The notes under the pieces: generated by a model
Databases searched by the model: none
What the model saw: the letters and a program-made list of their open reading frames with translations, nothing else
What the model was told of the DNA's origin: nothing
Origin: a virus
Lineage: Duplodnaviria > Caudoviricetes
Length of the DNA: 46,369 nucleotides
Reading direction: 5' to 3' (one strand)
IMG/VR virus record: IMGVR_UViG_3300012921_000005
Coordinates: 1-46,369 of that record
Translations under genes and position numbers: made by a program
Shown here: piece by piece, positions 8,395-17,659 of the stretch
Layout of the letters: the number at the start of each line of letters is the position of its first letter
Position numbering within the stretch: the stretch's first letter is position 1

Positions 8395-8720
8395 GTGACA
8401 ATGTGTCTGTTCCGACAACAACCGATCTGTATCACCGGTTAGACAGCGTGATCAGCGCGCTGGGCAACTCCGTCCTGCTTCGCTGGCGCGTCGGCATGCA
8501 GATGTGGCCGCACCTTCGCTATATGGACCCGTCGAGCGCGTCCTTCCAGTCGGACACGCTCCTCGGCTTTCCCGTGGTGATGGACTACCGCGACCCACGG
8601 CGCCTTGCGGTGGAAGTGCTGGTCAACGGCGAGTGGTACGACGCGGAGCACCGCGAAGAAACGCCCGGCCACTGGACACTGCCTGTCTTCACCTTGCACA
8701 AACTCGGCCCGCTCGCGTAA
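8391..8720 (+). CDS. Hypothetical protein
   Basis: GTGA overlap, GGAGG RBS. Confidence 0.65.
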   Translation: MSDNVSVPTTTDLYHRLDSVISALGNSVLLRWRVGMQMWPHLRYMDPSSASFQSDTLLGFPVVMDYRDPRRLAVEVLVNGEWYDAEHREETPGHWTLPVFTLHKLGPLA

Positions 8721-8763
8721 GAGCCCACCCCCACCCCTCGCATTCCGCGCACCCCGGTCGTAG

Positions 8764-9480
8764 CTACCGGGGCGCTGCGATGTGGACGAGCGGCAGCCAC
8801 AGCCGCCAGGCGTCGTCCACCCTCGCCCGCCCCACGCCGAGCAGCGCACCGCCCGGCCCCCACGCCCGCACCTCGACGACATCCCCCGGCACGACCTGGA
8901 GATTGATGTCACGCGCCTTTGCCAGCTCCAACCACCCGCCGGGGCCGCGCAGGCAGGGCTCCAGCGGCTCCATCGGCAGTGGGGCGGCGCGGAAGGCACA
9001 GGCTAATACCTGGCCGGCGGGCGGCTGCCACGTGGCGACGAAGGCCCCCGCCGTGCGGACGACGCGCAGCTCGGCGAGCACAGCCGACGGCGGGACATTC
9101 TGCGGCCAGATCCAGGTCCCGGTACTGAGGGTCGCCCCCGCCGCGTCGTAGGCGGTGAGGTCGAACGTCCTGACGCTGCGCGGCCAGGTGTCCACGACCA
9201 CCTCCCCGGGCGCCATGCTCATGCGCCGCACCTCGGCCCCGGCCACGTCACGCCACACCGCGTCGAGCTTGGCGACGCCGGCCGCGGGGCGCGGCTCGAC
9301 GTGGCGCCGATCCCCCGCGGGGGTGCGCTCAAAAAAGCGCGTGCAGGGGGCCGCGCCCGCAGGGGCCGACGCCGGCTCGACGGGCACGAGGTCAACACAC
9401 GGCGGCCACTCCCCGCCAGCGCGGACGGCGACGGGGGTGAGCAGGAGCAGGACAAGGATGAGGGCGCGCAGCGGGGACAT
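8764..9480 (-). CDS. Secreted protein with signal peptide and C-terminal LWLPLV motif
   Basis: Signal MSPLRALILVLLLLTPVAVRA; C-terminus WRLWLPLVHIAAPR. Confidence 0.75.
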   Translation of the reverse strand: MSPLRALILVLLLLTPVAVRAGGEWPPCVDLVPVEPASAPAGAAPCTRFFERTPAGDRRHVEPRPAAGVAKLDAVWRDVAGAEVRRMSMAPGEVVVDTWPRSVRTFDLTAYDAAGATLSTGTWIWPQNVPPSAVLAELRVVRTAGAFVATWQPPAGQVLACAFRAAPLPMEPLEPCLRGPGGWLELAKARDINLQVVPGDVVEVRAWGPGGALLGVGRARVDDAWRLWLPLVHIAAPR

Positions 9481-9494
9481 GGAGGCCTCCTGGG

Positions 9495-11681
9495 CTACTC
9501 GGCGAGCAGCCGGTCAATGGTCGCGGGCGGCTTCTCGGGCACCACGTCGATCTCGCCCGTGAGCAGGTCGTAGGTGCGCTCGGCGATGCGGAACGTGCGC
9601 AGCCGGTCAACGGTGCCGTCGTAGGCCGGGCTCAGGCCCACCTCGGTGATGGTGTCGCCGGGCCGCACGAGCCACCCCGGCACCGGCACGCCGCCGAGCG
9701 TGCGGATGGTGCGAAAGCGCCAGCGCGCCTCGGGCTTCGGGCTGGCCCCGTCGACGAGTGCGGCGTCGCGGCTGCGCTGCGCCTGGGTGGCGCCGCCGTC
9801 CCGCGTGGCGACCGCTCGCACCCGGCGCAGCCCGTAGCGGCGCACGCTCGTCTCGTCGGCGGCCGTGGCCGTGCGCCGGGTGCGCCCGTTCGCGTCCTCC
9901 CAGGTGCCATACAGCGCGTTGGCCAGGTCGGCGCGGTCCTGCGCCAGCTCCAGCTCGGTCGCGGTCACCGCCCAGGCCTGCCCGCCCGTCCCCCGCGGGC
10001 GGAAGAACACGCGCCGCCCCGGCCCCACCCCCACCTCCCACGGGGCCGTGCCGTCGCCGTCGGCGGCGAGCTGGTCCAGAATCTCCCGCGCGTCGGCGTC
10101 CTCCCAGCGCGCCGCGCTGCGGTCGGTGGCGGTGGCCTGGATGCGCAGCGTGTCCAGGCTGATCTGCCCCGGGTTGGCCCCGGCCACCTGCCCGACGATG
10201 TCGCGGACGATGGTCGCCGGGTCGAGCGCCGCGCCCGTCGTCGTGCGCACCTGCGCCGCACTCACCTCCACGAAGTGGTCGTCGTCGGAGCCGGTGTAGG
10301 CCCCGGCGCCGGCCGCGGCCTCGATCTCGATGAGCAGCGTGTCGGCGGGGTCGACGATGCTAAGGGTCTGGGTCACCGTCGCCACCGCCCCGGTGCCGTT
10401 GATCGAGAGCAGGATGGTGCGCGTGCCGGCGGCGACGCTGCTCACGACGGCGCGGAAGGCGGAGGATGGCAGGTAGTGGGTCAGGGTCAGGCCGATCTGG
10501 GTGATGCCGCGCGTGCCGCCGTCGGGGATCTGGTAGATCACCCCGCCCCGCGTCGCCGTGCCGTAGGTCACGCCGTTTTTCAGGCCGATGCTGATCACCT
10601 CGCCCACCCGGGTGATGAACTTGCCCGGGGTGCGGCCGGCGCGGTCCTGTGCGGTCACCTCGCGCCAGGCGCCGAGGTCCGCCTCGCTCCAGAGATCCGT
10701 CACCGGCACGTCGCCCAGCGCCTCCCAGTAGCCCAGAGCGGTGGCCGCCCAGCCGGCCCGCTCGCCCGCGACGAGCGACGGGCTGGCGACGCGGCCCTCC
10801 CAAATTACGCAATCGCCGCAGCGCGCCTCCAGGTGCAGCGCCCCCCGGCGCAGGTACAGGATCAGAGCCTCGGCGAGCGGGCGGTCGACCTGGAGGCGGC
10901 AGTCGCGGTCGCCGTGCAGGTTCGCCGTGATGACGGCCTGGGTCAGCCACGGTGAGAGGTCGGCGACGATGCCCCCGCCGGCCTCGCGCGGCGCGTCCCA
11001 CAGCAGGAGCTGGAGCCGGGGCGGGGCGATGATGCGCCCCACCGGCATAATCACCGGCACGTCGGCGGGGATGTCGGCCAGCGTGACCACCGTCACCGCC
11101 GCCGACGTCCGCTCGCCGATCGGGTTCGTCGTGACGACCCGGTAGCTATAGGCCGTGGTCGCGGCGAGCCCCGTGTCGTCGTAGGTGGCCAGCGTCGGGA
11201 CCAGGCCGCCGGTGATCGTCGTCCACAGCCCCGAGCCGGCCGGCGCGCGCTCGATGCGCTGGCTGTCGGCCCCCGCGCCGGGGGCGGTCCAGGTCAGGCG
11301 CACGGTGTCGGTGGACAGGGCCTCGGCAGCCAGCCCGAAGGCCGCCGCCGGGTAGGTCAGGGCCGGGGCGGTGTTGCTCAGCACATCCGCGCCGGCGCCC
11401 GTCGCGCGGACGCGGTAGGCGAGCAGGGTGTTGGCGGGGGCATCGCCCGCGTCGTGGAGGAAGGCCCCCGCGCTCGCGCCGAGCCCGGTGGCGATGACCG
11501 CCCAGGCGCTACCCGGGATCTGGAACTCGACCTGCTGCGCCGGGGCCGTGCCCGGCGTCCAGGCGAGCTGCACCCCGTTCGGCGTGGCGGTCGCGGTCAG
11601 GCCGGACGGCGCGACGACCTCAACCCCGCCGCCCTGCCCGGCGACGGCCCCTACGCCAATGCTGCCGCTGCCGGTGCTCAT
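9495..11681 (-). CDS. Tail tip/hub protein with N-terminal fibronectin type III domains
   Basis: Two FN3 repeats (APSGLTA..LAWT..YRVRA; LTWT..YSYRV) and a hub-like C-terminus (SVRRYG, VRPGDTI); second gene after the tape measure. Confidence 0.75.
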   Translation of the reverse strand: MSTGSGSIGVGAVAGQGGGVEVVAPSGLTATATPNGVQLAWTPGTAPAQQVEFQIPGSAWAVIATGLGASAGAFLHDAGDAPANTLLAYRVRATGAGADVLSNTAPALTYPAAAFGLAAEALSTDTVRLTWTAPGAGADSQRIERAPAGSGLWTTITGGLVPTLATYDDTGLAATTAYSYRVVTTNPIGERTSAAVTVVTLADIPADVPVIMPVGRIIAPPRLQLLLWDAPREAGGGIVADLSPWLTQAVITANLHGDRDCRLQVDRPLAEALILYLRRGALHLEARCGDCVIWEGRVASPSLVAGERAGWAATALGYWEALGDVPVTDLWSEADLGAWREVTAQDRAGRTPGKFITRVGEVISIGLKNGVTYGTATRGGVIYQIPDGGTRGITQIGLTLTHYLPSSAFRAVVSSVAAGTRTILLSINGTGAVATVTQTLSIVDPADTLLIEIEAAAGAGAYTGSDDDHFVEVSAAQVRTTTGAALDPATIVRDIVGQVAGANPGQISLDTLRIQATATDRSAARWEDADAREILDQLAADGDGTAPWEVGVGPGRRVFFRPRGTGGQAWAVTATELELAQDRADLANALYGTWEDANGRTRRTATAADETSVRRYGLRRVRAVATRDGGATQAQRSRDAALVDGASPKPEARWRFRTIRTLGGVPVPGWLVRPGDTITEVGLSPAYDGTVDRLRTFRIAERTYDLLTGEIDVVPEKPPATIDRLLAE

Positions 11682-13093
11682 TACTCCGGCACCAGGTAGC
11701 CGCGGCGGCGGCCCGCGCGGACGGTGAAGCCCCAGGTGGCGTCGGTGACCGGGTTGCGGATAGCCCAGGCGGACGGCTCCATCGCCAGGTACGCGACATT
11801 GATCGTCCCGCTCGTGGTGTGCGCCGCGACCGCCCCGCGCGTCGGCAGGCGCGCATACTCGCCGGTGTCGACGCGCCGGATGCGCACGTCGCCGGCCGGC
11901 TGCTCGAGCGGGCGCGGGTCGGCTCGCACGCGCAGGTCGGCGACCGGCAGCGGGGCGCGGGCGCCGTGGACCACCGCGCTGGTGCGCGCGGCGTCGGTGA
12001 CCACCACGTAGTTCAGATCAAGCACCTGCTTGGGCTGGCTGGTGCGGAAGGTAAAGCTGAGCTGACAGCCGGTCGCGGGCGTCGCGGGCATGGGTGCCGG
12101 CGGCATGGTGACGATGAACGGCTGGGCCACCGTGCCGGCGGGCGTTGCGGCGGTGGTGGCGGGGATGCTCACCCAGTCGGTCGTATAGGCGGCGCTCACC
12201 GCGGCGGGGAGGCCCGCGGCGGTGACGGTCATGCGGACCTCGGCCGGCAGCAGCGAGGTGTTGCGCACGGCCAGGTACACGCCCACCATCGACGCCGCGA
12301 CGCCGTCGGTGATCACGCGCGCCTCCGCCGGCCCGCCCGACGCGGTGAAGCGCAGCACCGTCCCCTCGTGCGCCCCCGACGTGCTCTCGCTCAGCGTCGA
12401 CCACGCCCCGCCGCTCAGGGCCTCCGTGGTCAGCGCGGACGGGCCGCGCGTCTGGATGGTGGCGAAGCCATCCCCGATCAGGAACATCCCCGGCTGGTAG
12501 CCGTCCTTGTACGCCTTGGTCCAGGCCGGGAAGTTCCCGGCCTCCACCCAGGTCGGCGACGGGTAGGGCAGCGCCCCCGCGAATCCGCAGAGCGCCACCG
12601 ACGGCCCGGCGACCCCGGCCACGGGGATCGCGGTATCTTCCGCCCCCAGCCACAGCCCGCGCCGCCGGAAGCGCACCCCCGCCCCCTCGATCTCGCGCAC
12701 CATCAGCATGTCGTTGAAGCTCCCCGGCAGCTCCAGCCCCGCGTCGGGGTTGCCGAGCACGGCGCACTCCAGGGGCGCGGGCAGGGCGGAGCCGTCGGGC
12801 TGGTAGCGCAGCCGCACCGCCGGCGCGTCGGCCCCGCCCTCGGCCCAGCGCTCGGCCTGGAGCATGAGCGCCTGCACGGCCTGCAGGCGCTGGTAGAGTG
12901 CGGTGTCACCCGCCGCCCCCCACTGGTTCACCGCGATCTGCTCCTCGACATCCGCGAACGGCCCGCCCCCGCCGAGGGTGGCGCGGTTGAGCGGGGCCAC
13001 GCGCGGCGCCCAGCCCCCTTCTTGCAAGGCGCTGGTCGTCCCGTTGGTCAGGGTGACGGTTGAAATGCCGTCGGTCAGCTCTAAAAATGGCAT
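11681..13093 (-). CDS. Distal tail (Dit-like) minor tail protein
   Basis: Directly after the tape measure; beta-rich. Confidence 0.6.
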   Translation of the reverse strand: MPFLELTDGISTVTLTNGTTSALQEGGWAPRVAPLNRATLGGGGPFADVEEQIAVNQWGAAGDTALYQRLQAVQALMLQAERWAEGGADAPAVRLRYQPDGSALPAPLECAVLGNPDAGLELPGSFNDMLMVREIEGAGVRFRRRGLWLGAEDTAIPVAGVAGPSVALCGFAGALPYPSPTWVEAGNFPAWTKAYKDGYQPGMFLIGDGFATIQTRGPSALTTEALSGGAWSTLSESTSGAHEGTVLRFTASGGPAEARVITDGVAASMVGVYLAVRNTSLLPAEVRMTVTAAGLPAAVSAAYTTDWVSIPATTAATPAGTVAQPFIVTMPPAPMPATPATGCQLSFTFRTSQPKQVLDLNYVVVTDAARTSAVVHGARAPLPVADLRVRADPRPLEQPAGDVRIRRVDTGEYARLPTRGAVAAHTTSGTINVAYLAMEPSAWAIRNPVTDATWGFTVRAGRRRGYLVPE

Positions 13094-13096
13094 GGC

Positions 13097-16000
13097 CTAG
13101 TCCATCCGCCGGCGCACCTGGGCCGTGCGGCCCGCCTCGCGCAGCCCGTCGGCCACGCCCTTCCGTACCGCCCCCTCGACGAACGCGCGCAGCTCCGCCC
13201 CCGGCGTCGCCCCCGCCGGCAGGGTCACGTTGACGCTGAGGTTGAGCAAGTTATCGACGCCGCCCGCGCCGGCCCCGGCCAGCCCCGCCGCCCCTGCGGG
13301 CGCGGGCAGCAGCGTCTGCGGCTGCCAGGCGAGTGCGGGCGGCGGGACGAGCAGCCCGCCCACGGCGGTGGCCGCGGCCCCGGCCAGCGCGGCCCGGCCC
13401 TTCAGCACCTCGGCGGCGATGCCCTGCACGAACGGCAGGCCCAGCTCGCGCCCGGCCACCTTTGACGGCGAGGCGATGCCAAGGCGCTGCTGGGCGGCGC
13501 GGATCGCGGCCTCCAGGATGCCGCCCAGCGTCGTCTGGAGCATCCCGGCCTGGGCCAGCATCCCCTGCGCGATGCCCCGGATGGCGTCGGCCCCGGCGCC
13601 GTACACATCCTCCTGCGAGAAGTAGACAAGGTTGCCGAGCTGCCGGATGGCGTCCTCGGCATCGCGCAGGGCGGCGGCCTGCTCAGTCGCCCGCTCGCGG
13701 GCCTGGGTCGCGTAGAGGCCGAGCTCGTTCTGCTGGGCGGTGCGGAGCAGGGCCAGGCGCTCCTCCAGGCGGGCCCGCTCGGCGTCGTTCGTCGCCGCCG
13801 CAATCTGCTGGCGCAGCCGGGCCTCCTCGCCGATCTGGCGGGTGGCGATCTGCAGGTAGCGCGCCCGCTCGGCGGGGTCTTCGAGCGCGTTCGCCTGCTG
13901 CTGGGCCGCGATGAGCTGCGCCTGGGCCTCGTCGGCGATGCGCTGCTGGGCCGCCTGCACCTCCTGGGCGGCCATCGCCCGCTCGCGCCAGTATTGGCGG
14001 TTCGCCTCCAGCCCGGCGCGCTCGGCCTCGAACGCCGCCTCGGCGCGGGCGCGCTCCTCGCGCAGGCTGGTCAGCGTATCGTTCGTGTCGGCGAGCTGGT
14101 CCTGGAGCCGGTCGCGGGCCGTGTCGCGGGCGCGCTGCTCCTCGGCCTCCAGCTCGTCGAGCTGCCGCTGAAGGTCATCGCGGCGGGCGTCGCTGATGCC
14201 GGGGGCGTCGCGGCGGGCCTCCAGGCTCGCCCGGCGCTGCTGAAAGCGCGCGGCCTCGCGCGGGTCAAGCAGGTCGCCGCCCCCGGCCAGCGCGGCCTCC
14301 AGGCGGGCCCGCTCGCGCTCCGCCTCGGCGATGCGGTCATCGTTCTTCGTGACCTTGCCCCACGCCTCATCAATCGCCTTCTGCGCCCGCTCGATCTCCT
14401 TGACCATCCGGTCAACTTCGGCGTTGGTGGGCGTCAGCTGGTCGATCAGGTCAAGCGCGCCGATCTGCCCGCGGGCGAAGTCGGCCGCCCCCTGGTAGGC
14501 ATCGGCGAGCAAGGGCCCGAGGGCGTCCTGGATGGTGCCGGCGAAGGCCTGCGCCTCCTCCAGCACCGCCCAGCTGATCTCGCCAGCGGCGTCGAGCAGC
14601 ACCTGGAGGTTGGCGAGCATCCCCTCAGCCATACCGGCGGTGATCTGCTGGCCCACCTCCTCGTTAAACAGGCGCGACGGGCTGGCAATGGCCGCGGCCG
14701 CCTGGGTCGCCTGAAGGGCCGCGTCGACCAGCCGCTGGGCGGCGGCCTCGACGGCAGCCAGCCCGGCCTCCAGGCCGGCGACCAGTCCGGCGACCACGTC
14801 TGCCCCGGCGTCCTCCATCTCGGCGGGGGCGTCGCCGGCCGCCTTCGCCAGCGCGGGGCCTGCATCCCCGATGACGCGCAGCGCGTCGGGCAGGGCCTGT
14901 GTAAAGCCCAGCGCGATGCCCTGAGCCACGGGCTGGCCGACCAGCTCCGCCATGACCCGCGACGGGCTGCTGATGCCGAGCGCCTGGCGGATGGGTGCCG
15001 GGATCTGGGCGACCTGCTGCGCCAGCCAGTTCTTCACCCCATCCCAGGCGTTCTGAAAGCCTTGCTTAATACCGTCGACGACGCCCTTGCCGATGCTGGC
15101 CGCGGCCGACACCATCGCGCCGACCTGTCCCCCGATGAAGGCCAGCACGTCGCCAACGAACGTGCCAAGCGCGCCCAGCGCGCCCGGGAGCGCGGTGGTC
15201 AACACCCACTCGACCAGGGCATCAGCCCACGTGACCATCGTGTTGACGATCTCGGGCAGGGCTGCGCCCAGCGCCCCGAGCAGGAGGCCGACCATCTGGC
15301 CGAGGGCGACGACGAGGTCGGCCGCCGTCGGGCCGACCCACGCGAGGAAGGCCAGCGCCCAGGTGCCAAGTTGTGCGGCAATGCCCGGCACCTGGGCGGC
15401 CACCCAGCCGAGTACCTGGCCGACCAGCACGAGCAGGTTGGCGAGCACGCCGGGGGCCGCCTCGATGGCGAATGCGATGAACGCCGCCGCCCAACCAGCC
15501 ACCGCCTCGACGATGCCGGGCAGGGCGGCGCCGACGGCGCCGAGGAGTTGCGCGACGAGCCCGCCGAGGTTGGCAAGTAGGCCGGGGGCGGCCTCAACCG
15601 CCCACTGGGCGAAGGCCAGCGCGTAGGGCTGCACCGCCGCGATGATTTCGGGGATAGCTGCGCCGATGGCCCCGATGACGCCCGAGAGGAGCAAGCCAAC
15701 GCCGGCAATCGCGGCGGGCGCGGCGTCAAGCAACCCCTGGCCGACGGCGGCGGCGATGGGGGCCGCCGCGGCGAGCACCTGCGGCACGGCGTTGACCAGC
15801 CCGCCGATGATGCCGTCGATCAGGCCCTGCACCGGGCTCGCGTCGCCACCCTCGCCGAGCCCCGCGAACAGGTTGGCGAACACCTCGCCCAGGGCGCCGA
15901 AGTCGCCGGCCATCACCGCGGCGCTGACCTCGCCGATGGTGGCACTGATCTGCTGCAACGCACCGACGGCGGCCTGGGCGGGCGCGGAGAGCTGGCCCAG

Positions 16001-17341
16001 CGCCTCCTCGCTCCCCATGATGGCCTGGGCGAAGGTTGAGACAACGTTAATCCCTGGCGTGATCACGTTGTCGAGGAGCGCGGTCAGGACGGGCAGCAGC
16101 GCGGAGCCGATAATAATCTGGAGGGTTTCGATCGACCCCTTCATCGAGTCGAGCGCGAAGTTAAAGCCCTGGTTCTGGACGGCGGCTACGTCGGCGGCCG
16201 TGCCCGCCCCGGCCATCGCCTCGCCCATCGCGTTGAAGCCGTCCGCCCCCGCGCCCGCCAGCGCGACCGCGGCACCCATCGCGTCGTTGCCGAAGATGGT
16301 CTGGAGCGCGGCGGTCTTCTCCGCCTCACTCAGCCCCGCCAGGCTGCCCTGGAGGAGCGAGGCGGCCTGCTCCATGCCGACGAACGCGCCCTCCGCATCG
16401 TAGAAGACCGACGTATCAAACGACTGTACGAACTTCGCCGCCTGCTCGCTGGTCATCCCTTGCTGGACCGCGAGCACGCCGAGTTGGTCTGCCAGCGCCT
16501 CGGCCGAGGTGCCTGCCGGCTCGATGCCCTGCTCGGCAAGATACGCGAGCGCGTCGCTGGTATTGAAGCTCAACAGCCCCAGATCGCGCATCGCATCGAT
16601 GGCCGGGGCGGTCGTGGGCTGGATGCGCAGCAGGAAGTTATTGAGCGAGGTGCCGGCCGTCGAGGCGCTGGCGAAGTTCGGCGCCAGCAGGGCCATGGTC
16701 TGGATCAGATCCTGGTACTCGACGCCGGCCGTCTCCGCCGTGCCCTGCGCGTTGGCGAGGCCGGCGGCCAGATCCTCAACGCCCACCGTCGAGGCGTTGG
16801 CGGCCTGGGTCAGGAGGTCGGAGACCTGCGCGGCCGTCACCCCCTGATCGCCCCACACCCCGAGCTGCTTGGCGACGATCTCAGCCGCGTTTGCCAGTTC
16901 GACCTGCCCCGCCGCCGCGAGGTTCAGCGTGGCCTCGGTCGCCGCGTCCATCACGTCGGCCACGGGCACGCCGCCCTTAACCAGCTCGGTCATGGCGGCG
17001 ATGGACTGCGAGGCGGAGAAGGCGGTGGAGGAGCCGAGGGCGAGGGCTTTGGCCTCGACATCCGCGAAGGCGAAGCCGGCCTGGGCCAGCGCGTCGCCGG
17101 AGATGGCCGCGAGGTTGTTGACCGCGGACTCGAAGTCGCCGGCGGCAGCGATGCTGCCGCCGATGGCCGCCGCAACGCCCTGCGCGGCGTCGTAGGCCGC
17201 GTTGCCGAGCAGCGTAAAGCCGGCGATGGCCGGGCCCGACGCCCCGCCGACGCCCTCCAGCTGGCCGCGCAGCTCCTTCAGGCCGGCCTCGGCATCCGAC
17301 TGGAGCTTGATAATGAGGTTGAGGGTCGAGTCGCTGGCCAT
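13097..17341 (-). CDS. Tape measure protein (TP901-type core)
   Basis: 1414 aa, Ala-rich; ALALGSSTAFSASQ, AGTSL and IFGNDA motifs; periodic W/F repeats; I(S/A)SPS motifs. Confidence 0.95.
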   Translation of the reverse strand: MASDSTLNLIIKLQSDAEAGLKELRGQLEGVGGASGPAIAGFTLLGNAAYDAAQGVAAAIGGSIAAAGDFESAVNNLAAISGDALAQAGFAFADVEAKALALGSSTAFSASQSIAAMTELVKGGVPVADVMDAATEATLNLAAAGQVELANAAEIVAKQLGVWGDQGVTAAQVSDLLTQAANASTVGVEDLAAGLANAQGTAETAGVEYQDLIQTMALLAPNFASASTAGTSLNNFLLRIQPTTAPAIDAMRDLGLLSFNTSDALAYLAEQGIEPAGTSAEALADQLGVLAVQQGMTSEQAAKFVQSFDTSVFYDAEGAFVGMEQAASLLQGSLAGLSEAEKTAALQTIFGNDAMGAAVALAGAGADGFNAMGEAMAGAGTAADVAAVQNQGFNFALDSMKGSIETLQIIIGSALLPVLTALLDNVITPGINVVSTFAQAIMGSEEALGQLSAPAQAAVGALQQISATIGEVSAAVMAGDFGALGEVFANLFAGLGEGGDASPVQGLIDGIIGGLVNAVPQVLAAAAPIAAAVGQGLLDAAPAAIAGVGLLLSGVIGAIGAAIPEIIAAVQPYALAFAQWAVEAAPGLLANLGGLVAQLLGAVGAALPGIVEAVAGWAAAFIAFAIEAAPGVLANLLVLVGQVLGWVAAQVPGIAAQLGTWALAFLAWVGPTAADLVVALGQMVGLLLGALGAALPEIVNTMVTWADALVEWVLTTALPGALGALGTFVGDVLAFIGGQVGAMVSAAASIGKGVVDGIKQGFQNAWDGVKNWLAQQVAQIPAPIRQALGISSPSRVMAELVGQPVAQGIALGFTQALPDALRVIGDAGPALAKAAGDAPAEMEDAGADVVAGLVAGLEAGLAAVEAAAQRLVDAALQATQAAAAIASPSRLFNEEVGQQITAGMAEGMLANLQVLLDAAGEISWAVLEEAQAFAGTIQDALGPLLADAYQGAADFARGQIGALDLIDQLTPTNAEVDRMVKEIERAQKAIDEAWGKVTKNDDRIAEAERERARLEAALAGGGDLLDPREAARFQQRRASLEARRDAPGISDARRDDLQRQLDELEAEEQRARDTARDRLQDQLADTNDTLTSLREERARAEAAFEAERAGLEANRQYWRERAMAAQEVQAAQQRIADEAQAQLIAAQQQANALEDPAERARYLQIATRQIGEEARLRQQIAAATNDAERARLEERLALLRTAQQNELGLYATQARERATEQAAALRDAEDAIRQLGNLVYFSQEDVYGAGADAIRGIAQGMLAQAGMLQTTLGGILEAAIRAAQQRLGIASPSKVAGRELGLPFVQGIAAEVLKGRAALAGAAATAVGGLLVPPPALAWQPQTLLPAPAGAAGLAGAGAGGVDNLLNLSVNVTLPAGATPGAELRAFVEGAVRKGVADGLREAGRTAQVRRRMD

Positions 17342-17455
17342 GGCGCTGCGCTCCCCTGGTCAGGGTGGCAGCGCCTGCCCAGTAGTAGGGGGAGCGCTCA
17401 TCGGTCGCGGGGAAGGCCAGCGGTAGGCGTTGCCCGCGTCCGGGGGAAGGTCAGG

Positions 17456-17659
17456 TTACGGGGCGGCCTGGTCGAGCAGGGCCGCCGCGCTCAGCACGAG
17501 CCGGCGCAGCCCCTGCCACAGCGGGGTGGCGGGCGCCGTCTCGGCGATGAGCTGCCCGGCCTCGGTCGCCAGCCGGGCGAGGCCGCGGTACAGGCGGAGC
17601 TCACGGGCGCTTCGCTGCTCACTCGTCGGGGGCGGGTTTGATCTCGGCAAGGTCGACAT
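17456..17659 (-). CDS. Small helical hypothetical protein
   Basis: ATG 17659 after GAGG; ends in LWQGLRRLVLSAAALLD amphipathic helix. Confidence 0.5.
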   Translation of the reverse strand: MSTLPRSNPPPTSEQRSARELRLYRGLARLATEAGQLIAETAPATPLWQGLRRLVLSAAALLDQAAP

